From: Macrostomum hystrix
Lineage: Eukaryota; Animalia; Platyhelminthes
Assembly: GCA_950097015.1 (NCBI GenBank)
Contig: CATNEN010000038.1
Coordinates: forward strand, 24,924,001 to 24,988,000
DNA length: 64,000 nucleotides
Reading direction: 5' to 3'
The notes under the pieces were generated by a model. It had not been told where the DNA came from and made no database searches. It saw only the letters and a list, made by a program, of their open reading frames with translations. Of this stretch, positions 37,738 through 48,571 are shown in pieces. The translations under genes were made by a program, and so were the position numbers. How positions within the stretch are numbered: the first letter of the stretch is position 1; every line of letters begins with the position of its first letter.

Positions 37738-40700
37738 ATGGCTACCTCTTGTGGCAGAGGAAATGGACATACCAACACTTTATTTGCCTCATGCACTCTG
37801 TACCTAGCCAATCTGCCATTTGAAGCCCGTGTGAGAGATGTCTCAAAAGTGTTCAAGCCTTTGACTGGTCCTCTAGTTGATTGTCAAATTTATCAAAATG
37901 GCTTAGGGATGATAATTTGTCAGCGACCAGATTTAGCTGAACGTGCTTACAATGCTGAACTGGCACTGTTTGGTAGGCCAATCATTGTTCGCCTGCAGCC
38001 AGAGCAAGTCACAGTTGATTCCTGCATAGGAAGCAATAAACAGAATGTGAATTGGCGGCATAGAAATAAGCAGCACAGCTCTGCAAGACAGCATCAGCAG
38101 CAGCAATATAATGGGCACAATGGTTTGTTTGTCTTATTTTTTATTACTTATCATAGAAAGACCTGTGTTACATTGTAGTGAGATATTAAAATAATTAATT
38201 AACCAACAGCATTCGCAGCTATTGTGTGACGCATCTGAGGGCTGCATACGGCTTTTCAGTCCATGGACTGGGGGACGCCATACCCACCTTTAAAATCCCA
38301 GCCAGAATCCAGATATTGTTTTACTTAAACTTTATCTAGATAAACTTAAGCAAGGAAGAGTTGAGTGCCTTGCAAAATAAAACTAACTGTTCGAATCGAA
38401 CTCCAGACCTTGAAGTTTTAATTCCGACACTCCAACCCCTATGGCCCCAAACCCATTTGTTTCGGAGGATGTGCTTTTAAAAAGTTAGCCAGTGTTTTTT
38501 GTTTCGTGTGCCTGCGCTGCTTCGTTTTGTCGCAACAAGAACATTTCTTCTGTAAAGCAAGATACTTAGTTCCTTAATTTGAATTGCCCCCCGGCTGTTG
38601 AAATTTAGTGCTGGGTGCACAGTCCATGGACTGAAAAGCAGCTGTACACCTAGCCGAATTAGCTAACTATAGACCATAATCTCGATGTTTAGATATAAAA
38701 AATATATATATAAGTTTGCATTAAACTCAATCAAACAGGTTCTTGCTCAAATTGCTCGACAAAATCTTCTGCATCGTCAGCTTCTGATTTGGATCTACTG
38801 TGCAGAGATACGGAGCGAGCTTTGCATTTAGGCACTACTCATAGTAATAGCAATAGTAACTCTACTACTACTGAAAATCTTGTTTCGCGCAGACGCACTC
38901 TGGTACAAGCCGTGAGGGAGCGAGATGTTGAGAAATTTAAGCTAGCTACCGCTGATTGGCCAGGTGGAGCTATAGCATTAACAGAATTTTGCTCAGGAAG
39001 TGGAATTAATAGTTGTACTACTTATAGGAGTGGCGGCGCCATGCCTATCATCCACGACCTGGTATCTGACGCTTCTAGGTCTATTCAACTTTTGGAGTGT
39101 CTGATTGACAGTTGCAGACAAGGATTGGATGATGCACAGGTAATGTTCTATTGATATAGAAGGCCATAATGTCCTAGGTGTAGAACCCCTTATTAGCCTA
39201 GATATAGAAGCCCGTATAGGCCTAGATATAGAAGCCCATATTCGCCTAGATATAGAAGCCCATATAGGCCTAGATATAGAAGCCCATATTCGCCTACTCG
39301 CCCAGGCCGCCGCCTCTGTCGGTCGCCTTTTGAACAGTCGCGATCAGTACGGCTTCACTCCGCTGCATCGAGCAGTGCGAGCTGGCGCAGATTCAGCGGC
39401 CGAAGTACTACTGACAAATGGTGCCGATGTTGCCGCTGTGACTGATCGTGACAAGCGAACTTCGCTTCACATTCATCTGTGGCTTGGCTGCGGCAAATTG
39501 GCTTATAGATTGTTGGACTTTGGCGCAGATCCTGACGCCTGCGACGCTGATAATTGGACTGCGTTGCACTGGTGCGCCAAGAATGGTCACCTAGAATTCG
39601 CTAGGCATCTGATTTGCGAAAGAAATGTTCGCCTGTTCCGGTGAGTACTGGCTACTTAATAGATTGTTAGGAATGTCATAGGTTGTTGTGTTCGGTAGGT
39701 AATCGTCTGAAGGACTTCAGAGGATTAAGAGATGTTTAATTTTTAAGGTGTATTACGTATTACGATTGTTTTAGAAGTCTTTTTTAAGATCTAGGATTAT
39801 TAACAGTAGAACTACCAACGGGAGATTGCCCCTGACAATTTTCTGCTGCACCAGAACAAAGCTTGGAGCAAACGCAAGCTCACGAAACTCAAGAACACGG
39901 GCCAACTTTTTGTTGCGCATCCCCTGAAACAAGTGGCCAGCTCTTCAGGCCGTCGAGATATTCAATGGTTCTGCCCGAAGGTCGGACTTTTCCCATAAGC
40001 GCGAGTGTATTTCATACACCCCTATACACGAATTAGCACTGCGCCTCAGTGAGGCCTTCAAAATTGATCAGCATGTCACCCGAATGTGCCTGCATCATCT
40101 CCGTCTTTGGTGGTCACCTACCTTTATCTAGACGGATTTGCTGGACCTTCAAGGGCTACAACTGGTAGAACTAGGACACTATGGACACCGTGACGCGATT
40201 TTCTCCAAGTTCACTGATCAAGCCAAAATACTTGTATTAGGCGCAGCTCAAGCACAGGACACCATAGCCTATTCTGTCAACCAATCAGTCACCACCCAAC
40301 GCTGTTAGAATTCAGGCACCCCAAAAAAATTCTGGTGGCCCCCTTGGTATCAAAAAACGGGCGCAAAATGGATTGATAGTCATACTGTTAATGGTAAATC
40401 TAAGATCGGGGGTTTTTTATGGTGTATCAATTCTAGCAAGAGTTTTAGTGGGATTATTAGGCTTCTGGGTGAGGAATCTTGATATATTTATGGTGTGCTA
40501 TGTATCTTCATAGTTCTAGTCAGATTAGGAATCTAGGATTTAAGATTTTTAACTTGGGGTATTATACTAGTATAGGGATTCTAATAAGGTATGTGTTCTG
40601 GGATGGTGTATTTGAAGGATTTTTTGTGAGATTCTGGATCTGGAGTCAATTAGTTCGTGATTAATTAGTTAATATTCGATGTACTTCTTTAGAAACTGTT

Positions 40701-41209
40701 CTATTGTCCGCCAAGAATCCTGCAGTTTAATTCAAACTACAATTTCTAGTTCTCAAGGCAGCACACTGAGCCCGTTGAAGCTCTGTCTGCAGCAGGTTAA
40801 CCAATGCGCCAACGGTGGTCCTAGCACCCGACTACACCAGCAGCAGCAGCATAATCTGTTGCCATCACTATTCGGCATAGCAAGCCTTCTTCTTCGGCAT
40901 GGCTCCGATCTGCCTTCCCAAGGCTTTCTATCCGACTGGCTAGCTGCCACTCGTTCAGTCACCTGGGAGTCCGCCTCCAAAGCCCTGTACGATCAACTGG
41001 TCGACCTTCTGGCACTGGAAGGCGCCGAACTTTCAACCGACGACAATCCAGTCCAGATTGGTCCCAGATCGCTGCTTCATCTCTGTCGATTGAGTCTGCG
41101 TGCTAAGCTTAGAATTTTGTCCGATTGTCGCAGCATAGTTAATAGATTGCTTCGGGTCCCACTGCCGCCACTTCTATTGGCCTTTGTTGACTTGCGAGTT
41201 GATGAATAG
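37738..41209 (+). CDS. RRM-like + ankyrin repeat + SOCS box protein (ASB-like), ~545 aa
   Basis: Exons 37738-38122, 38739-39139, 39306-39640, and 40693 (or 40750)-41209, all phase-consistent. N-terminal LYLANLP RNP2-like motif; ankyrins GFTPLHRAV, RTSLH, WTALHWCAKNGH; SOCS box PRSLLHLCRLSLR...LPPLLLAFV. Confidence 0.75.
38190..38445 (-). mobile_element. SINE family B, degenerate copy
   Basis: CAGTCCATGGACTGGGGGACGCCA and TTCGAATCGAACTCCAGACCTTGAAG match the reverse complement of 27531-27850. Confidence 0.62.
39195..39295. repeat. 24-bp repeat TAGATATAGAAGCCCATATAGGCC (~4 copies), ASB-like intron 2
   Basis: Direct reading. Confidence 0.85.
39804..40387. mobile_element. piggyBac-type MITE, copy 2
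   Basis: TTAA on both flanks (39800-39803 and 40388-40391); imperfect TIRs CAGTAGAACTAC / ATAGTCATACTG; homologous to 7171-7699. Confidence 0.7.
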
Positions 41210-41346
41210 CGAATATAAATTGTTAATGAATAACAGTTTTTGTTGTTTTTTTATTCTTATCGCTTGCTTTTGTAAATATGCTTAACAAACTGTTACGCCG
41301 CTATAGTTATTTTATATAGCTAGTTTTGAATTTTTTTTATCTAACC

Positions 41347-41829
41347 CAGGGGTCGGCAAACTCCGGCCCGCGGGCCAGATGCGGCCCTCGAAGCTCCCAA
41401 ATCCGGCCCGTTGCACCTTCTGACATCTACAGTGTCCTGTTTCATCTCACTCTTGTCTAATCTCTCCCGTGTCTAATCTCTCCCGTGTCTCATCTCTCCC
41501 GTGTCTCATCTCTCCCGTGTCTCATCTCTCCCGTGTCTCATCTCCCCAGTGTCTCATCTCTCCCTTGTCTCATCTCTCCCGTGTCTAATCTCTCCCGTGT
41601 CTCATCTCTCCCGTGTCTTATCTCTCCCGTGTCTAATCTCTCCTGTTTCTCATCTCTCCCGTGTCTTATCTCTCCCGTGTCTAATCTCTCCTGTGTCCCA
41701 TCTCTACCGTGTCTCATCTCTCCCGTGTCTCATCTCTCCTCTATCTCATATTTATACAGTCAATGCGGCCCGCTGTCGTCGTTTAGGTTCTCTCTTTGGC
41801 CCGCCAGCAAATAAGTTTGCCTACCCCTG
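41347..41829. mobile_element. hAT (Charlie-like) MITE carrying an internal 16-bp minisatellite GTGTCTCATCTCTCCC
   Basis: TIRs CAGGGGTCGGCAAAC / GTTTGCCTACCCCTG; perfect 8-bp TSD ATCTAACC (41339-41346, 41830-41837); subterminal CGGCCCGCGGGCC. Confidence 0.88.
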
Positions 41830-42383
41830 ATCTAACCCGTCATCAAAAAAATTTTCTGTTTAATGCGTTTAATTCTGGTACTATTTTCACTTCTTTTGAG
41901 TGAAATTTGTTTTTGATTTTCTAATGCATTCATTTAATTTATAACTGTTGTTTCCGTTTTTAGTAAGAAATAATCAGGGTTTTTATTTTATTGCGCAATA
42001 ATCGTATATACCTGTAAGTGTATAAATCTTTGTTACAATATGTTTTAGTTGTAAATATAAACCACGTTACACTAATGCAGTGTTTGTCTCTTAATTCATA
42101 TCTTAGTTAGTTATTGATAGCGTTTAAAAAGATAACGCAATTGTAGTATGTCCTTTATTCAGCGTTTTTGTTTAATGAACAATACAAATAATTAATGATA
42201 TTGTTTGTTTATAAGTTTTCGCTAGTTAGTATAAAATATCGTTATTTTTAGATATCGCAAAATGTTAGCGTAGAATCATTACACCCATACTAATAAAAAA
42301 ATCATTTTTTTTCCAGCTCGACTTGCCTTTTGATCGCCGCTACAATCCGTTGCATATATCGTAACATTTAGAAATTAATCGCA

Positions 42384-45300
42384 ATGTCCAGTCCTTCAGG
42401 CGCTACAACTAAGCCAGACATAGCTGTTGATTCAATTGAAACGATAATCAACATCAATCAAAATCTGAATTCAAAGGTCGTCAATGATGTCAGCGATCAG
42501 CAGACTTCGACAAGGCGTCAGACTAGCCTTGGTGATTATTTCCCAGCTGAACTAGCCTTAGCTAATGCCGAGCCGAAACAGCAGCAGCAGCAGCGGAGAG
42601 GGCGTCCGATGCAACCGCAGCCGCCGCCGCGTCATCGAATCACTCGACTTGCTAATTCACTCGGCGCTGTCGCACAGTCCAGTATCACCGACGACAGCGG
42701 CTGCTGTGACGCTGACATTGAGGAACGCAAACTAAGAGACTGCCTAGCCTTCACTTTTAGTAACCAATTTCGTCTGCAACAGCGCGACCTGCAGCATCAG
42801 CAGCAGCAGCAGCAGGCATTCGTTGATCCATTCGGCTTAGCAACTCTAGCCGCTAAAGTAGACAACGAAGAGAGCATTGTCAGCGGTGTCAAGGCGTGCC
42901 CACAATCGTCCTTATCAGGATCCGAATCCCAATCCGTGTCGTCAATGTCGTCGACTAACTCGGAGCCGCCGTCTAATTTAGACGACGCCGAAGCCAATGT
43001 CGGTGACTATGAAGATTGCTTCTTTCGCGCCTACGGCGGCTCAATGTTTGAGTCGTCACTGTTGGTGAGTTATTATCTTATCCTACTAATCCCAATTAGG
43101 AGTTTTACTTAATCTGCATGTTAATTCCCACCTGAGTTAAAACTTTTATTCTAGTCAGTGTAGCTTGTTTCTCTGATAATCATTTTTTCCGCCGACCGGT
43201 GTATGGTAATAATGATAATAAAATTTGTCGGAGGGCTGCGGGCAATGGCAGGTCATTTGATGAGCACGTGGCTAGAGCGAGACTGCATCAGCTCACACAG
43301 GTGTGTACATCTGCCCTGACTTTCTCATCGTCAGGCAGTGTACACTTTTCACTGTGCCTTTTGGGGTTGGCCCTCAAGGGCGTAAATTGCACGACAAGCC
43401 CCCTAGACAAATGACTGTGGCCTCGCCGTGGTTTAGACCGCTCTGCCCTTATCCCATGTCTAAATTATCCCATTAAACAGTAGCTTTGTTTAAATCAACT
43501 CGTTAAAAATTGGCAATAATTTTGCAGTCGGGCGGCAGTCCGGTTGATCGCCTGCTGCGTCAACAGCAGCAGAGCAGCGGCTGTCAGAGCCGACGCCGAA
43601 GCAGCAGCGTCGGCAGTGGCGATGATCGCGAACTATTCGTCGGCAATCTAGCAGCCGAAGTCACCAATGAGGATCTAGTTCGAGTGTTCTCAGAATTCGG
43701 CCCCTTAAAGTCAGTGGGCATCGCTAAAGATTCCAGCACTGGCGCCTGCAAAGGCTTCGGCTTTCTCTGCTTTCAACGGCCTCAATTAGCCGAAGCTGTA
43801 CTAGAGAGTCCGCGACTATTCACCCTCTATGGTCGTGTTCTTCGCGTCGACTGGCGCCTGAAGGGCGGTCACCATAGCAACGGAAACAGGCGTCTATCGC
43901 CGCGCCAGCAACAGCAGCAGCAGCAAATGCCGCAGCTACAACAGAATCTAATAATGGAGCCAGAAGTAATCGCTAATCAGTTACCTACAACGCTAGACAA
44001 TGATCTGTGTGCGCCTAGCAACTGTCAGCAGGCATCCCAGTACGGCGACTGCCAATTATTTGTTGGCAATCTGGCCTCCGATGTGACCCAGGGCGATTTG
44101 CGCCAGTATTTCAGACGCTGGGGAGAGCTGCTCTATTGCTATGTGATTCGCGACGAAGAGGGACAGTCCAAGCGTTATGGATTTATTACGTTCAAGGTAT
44201 GGCTGAGATCTCAGGGTGAGATTTTCGGGGTAAAAGCAGAAAGTGAGACTTTTTAAGGTAAAAAATATGGTTTAATTTTTTGTATTTTATTTTTGGGTGA
44301 GATTTTTTGGCACATCTCTCAGTCAGAATCTTTAGTCAAATATCTACAGGTAAGATTTTTTTTATCAAATCTCAGGTTGAGATTTTTTTAATCAAATCTC
44401 AGGTTGAGATTTTTTTAATCAAATCTCAGGTTGAGATTTTTTTAATCAAATCCGTTGAATTATTTAATCCAAATATCAAGGCGAGATTATTTTAATCAAA
44501 TCTAAGTGAGAGTTTATTTAAATCAAATCTCAGGGTGAGATTTTTTGCTTAAATCTCAGGGTGAGATTTTCGCTTAAATCTCAGGGTGAGATTTTTTAAA
44601 TCATATCTCAAGGTGAGATTTATAAATCAAATCTCAGGGTGAGATCTTCGCTTAAATCTCAGGGTGAGATTTTTTAAATCATATCTCAAGGTGAGATTTT
44701 ATAAATCAAATCTCAGGGTGAGATTTTCGCTTAAATCTCTGGGCGAGATTTTTAGGTTAAATCTACAATGCCTAAAAATCTCACCCAGAGATTTTACCTA
44801 AAAATCTTAAGTTGATATTTTCGGGTAAATTCATTAGCTGAGATTTTTTGCGTAAAATCTCATGATGATATTTTAATCTTGATTCTTATCCTTCCAATCT
44901 CTTTGTTGCAAACTTTGCAGGATCCCAAAGTAGCCGAGCAGCTGATGCAGTCTCGCTCTAGCCACGTGCTCAAAGGCAAGCGGCTTCGCTTCGAGATGCC
45001 TAAACGCAGTCGCGAGGAGGCCTTCAACCTCAGACAGGGGCAGGATTTGACAATGGATTCGGTGACAGCGTCTGCTCCGTCAACGCCAACTGTGGCTTCG
45101 GGCGCCGTAGCTTCCACCCCGATAGCTGCTAGCGCCGCTGTCGCCAAGCCGCAAGAGCAATCGCAGGCGTCGTCGCCCAAGCCGTCCCCTCTGGCGCAGT
45201 CTTCTCTTATTGACAATTATTCGTCGGCAGCCATTGGCGGCTTCGATAGCTCCGATCGGCTGCCAGTGTGGCTGCACATGCGCCTAATGTCTGACAAGGA

Positions 45301-46804
45301 TCAGCTGATTCTGTGCCTGCGCAAGGAGCTTGGCCTGTGCGGCCTGCTAGCCGAGAGGCGACTCCGAGAACTTGGCCAGGCCAGAGATCGCGAGGCTCAG
45401 GTTTTGCGAGTCTACGTGCAACAATTGGAGGCTAAAGTCAAGGCGCAGGCTGCAGACATTGACGCCCTGAGGCATCAGCTGGAGTGCCGTGGCGAACAGG
45501 TGTGTCCCTAGCTTACCTATGCTAACTATTTATTCTCAGCTGAGTGCGTCGAATATGTTCATTCACTCGCCATCTCAATGTCTACTTCTTGTCATCCACT
45601 AGATTTCTACTTCTCACCCTCCCTAAACTGACTACTTCTCACCCTCCCTAAACTGTCTACTTCTCACCCTCTTAAACTGTCTACTTCTCACCCTCTTAAA
45701 CTGTCTACTTCTCACCCTCCCTAAACTGTCTACTTCTCACCCTCCCTAAACTGTCTACTTCTCACCCTCTTTAAACTGACTACTTCTCACCTTCCCTACA
45801 CTGACTACTTCTCACCTTCCCTAAACTGTCTACTTCTCACCCTCCCCAAACTGTCTACTTCTCACCCTCCCTAAACTGTCTACTTCTCACCCTCTTTAAA
45901 CTGTCTACTTCTCACCCTCCCTAAACTGTCTACTTCTCACCCTCTTTAACTCTTTAAACTGACTACTTCTCACCTTCCCTACACTGACTACTTCTCACCC
46001 TCCCTAAACTGTCTACTTCTCACCCTCTTTAAACTGTCTACTTCTCACCCTCCCTAAACTGTCTACTTCTCACCCTCTTTAACTCTTTAAACTGACTACT
46101 TCTCACCTTCCCTACACTGACTACTTCTCACCCTCCCTAAACTGACTACTTCTCACCTTCCCTAAACTGACTACTTCTCACCTTCCCTAAACTGTCTACT
46201 TCTCACCCTCCCTAAACTGACTACTTCTCACCCTCCCTAAACTGATTACTTCTCACCCTCCCTAAACTGATTACTTCTCACCCTCCCTAAACTGATTACT
46301 TCTCACCCTACCTAAACTGTCTACTTCTCACCCTCCCTAAACTGACTACTTCTCACCCTCTTTAAACTGACTACTTCTCAACCTCCCTAAGACAAGGCGT
46401 TGTCACAGGCCGTTGGTCTCAAGTTTGTTCCCTAATTGTCACAATCCCTAGTTTATCTGCTTGTCATCTTTATTATCGTCAGTAACCGCGCCTTATCTAC
46501 CGCATGGTATCTTAATCCGCAGTTCGCCTCTACGCAATAATCTCTTCAGGTGAAGCTTCTAACAGCCAAAGCCGAAGCTCTGGCAGTTGAAATAGTCAAA
46601 GCCTGGGGCTGCGCCGCCACAGCTGCGGCTGTCGCTGCCACATCCGGTGGCAACGAGGAATCGTCGGCCGCTGCCAACGCTACAGTTGCTGCCGTATCAG
46701 GCGCCCCAGCTATGTCTGGCCAGCAGCAGCAGCAGCAGCTACCACAGCAGAAGCAGCTGTTCCATCAACACCGTCTGCGTCCAGACTCTGGTATTGGGCT
46801 CTAG
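42384..46804 (+). CDS. RNA-binding protein with two RRMs and a C-terminal coiled coil, ~727 aa
   Basis: Exons 42384-43064, 43528-44196, 44921-45499, 46550-46804 (all phase 0). RRM1 LFVGNL..KGFGFLCF; RRM2 LFVGNL..KRYGFITF|DPKVAEQL..LRFE. Confidence 0.82.
43205..43448 (-). mobile_element. SINE family A, internally deleted copy
   Basis: CACAGGTGTGTACATCTGCCCTGACTTTCTCATCGTCAGGCAGTGTACAC identical to 58967-59016. Confidence 0.75.
44203..44862. repeat. ~24-bp palindromic repeat AAATCTCA-GGG-TGAGATTT, RRM gene intron 2
   Basis: More than 20 variant copies, each a hairpin. Confidence 0.87.
45605..46390. repeat. 25-bp minisatellite CTACTTCTCACCCTCCCTAAACTG(T/A), RRM gene intron 3
   Basis: About 31 copies. 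Confidence 0.95.
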
Positions 46805-48300
46805 AATCGCCTGGGTTGCAGTCTAGTTTGGTGTGATGACCGAATTTCTTTTTTTTCACTGTTTTGATTTAGCCAACCATTTTTATTGGTTCCAAGTGTC
46901 GTCGTGTTCGCTTCGTTATTTTTCGTTCAAGCTTTTTCCCCTACAAAATGTTTCTCTAGCTTCAAAGCGAGCTCCACTCCAACTGCCCTGCTGTACTTTT
47001 CTTTTACTTTTAAGCTGTTCCACTCTTAGCGTCTTTCCATAACGCCAAAATGCCAATTCATTCTAATTGTTTACATTTTTTCTTTATCGCAGACTCACAT
47101 TTAGCTACTATATACGCGCACTACTTACTACTTACCAAATCCTTATCATTTTTCCCTATTTTTGGCCGCGCATTTAGCTTGCCCTATGAACTATTATATA
47201 CATAATATACAAATGCTTACTATTCTTCTTTATAATTCTAAAAGCATCGCATTATATTTGGGTGTCGGTTTTATGGTTTTTTGGTACCCTTTTTTCTATT
47301 TGATTTCGCTTGATTTTCAAATTTGCATTCTTTTTTTCTGTCGCCCATTTATTCCCAAAGTGTTTCTTCATAGTCTGTTAATGTTTTTCCTGTTTCTTAG
47401 CTCTTGCATTTACGTTTACAGTTCCGCCAAAAAGCATGAGCAGAATTTTCAGATAGCATGTTTTTTAAAAAATCTTTAAAAAATCAATTCTCAAGATTTC
47501 ATTTAGGCCAAGTTCAGCAAAATGAGCATTTAATAAAAAACTATCCAAGCCTTGTTCTAGATTTCTTATTCGTCGCCATAGCAACAAAAACATAATTCAT
47601 TTGCATCTTACCATATTTAAAATGCTTCCTACTCTACTCAGCCAACAAAACGTGCAGCGCCTTATTTAGCTGTTTTCTAGTTTTCGCAAAATTGCCATTG
47701 TCCATTGTTCGTCCAACCATTTTTGATCAGTTCGAGTAAATAAAAACGAAAAATTCTAAAAAAAACAGATCATTGGTGTGTAAGGTTTTCTAATTTGAAA
47801 GCTTCCCGTTTGTTGGTCCTGCGCGCGCGTGTGTGTGTGTGTGTTTGTTTCTAATCAGCATTTGTTTTTGTGTTTTTCAGGATAAAAAAATCTAGCAGTT
47901 CATGAAGAGTTTTTGACTTGTTTCTTATTTTATTTAAGAATTTCTCAAACACACTACTAATTACATAGAAAGTAGTAAGATAAGAAATCCAATTCTTGTT
48001 TGTGAGTAATTGTTACCACTTACAAAAAGCTAAAGTGACTTACAAGTCCATCAATCATTGTGTTTATGAAAACTTCGCTATTAAAATAAGTGATTGATCG
48101 GTAATACATCTGATTACTTTTATTGAAAAGAAGCTAATGCTTAAAGTCGGCAGTCATTGTCGGCTGGCTACATTGTGACCTCTAAAAACACAATTAAGAA
48201 GGCTTATCCTCGTAGTAAAATGCACAATTTAATTTACTGGGCCGAATGTACATTAAATCGACTATACACTAGATATGGCATGGCCTGCTATAGCTTCCTC

Positions 48301-48392
48301 CAGCCAATCGGATCGGCGCCTGGTTTTGATTACAAGACTCGCACCCTACACTCTAAAATTTTCTCTTAACCCTCTTCGTCTCTGATTGGCTG
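48301..48392. promoter_or_regulatory. Two opposed CCAAT boxes upstream of the Cys-rich gene
   Basis: CAGCCAATC at 48301 and GATTGGCTG at 48384, 180-270 bp before the ATG. Confidence 0.35.
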
Positions 48393-48571
48393 GGGCAATT
48401 TCATTCGGCTTCAAATCTCTAACCCTCATCGCTCCGTTTTTTCATCGCTTAATTAACAAACACAATCTGGCGAGCGTCTATCGCTGGCTTGAGATAACGA
48501 AAACAAGCAGGAATTTATTGAACCGACAATTGTAACGATCTAGGTCAGCGCACAATTACAGCTAGAATAGA

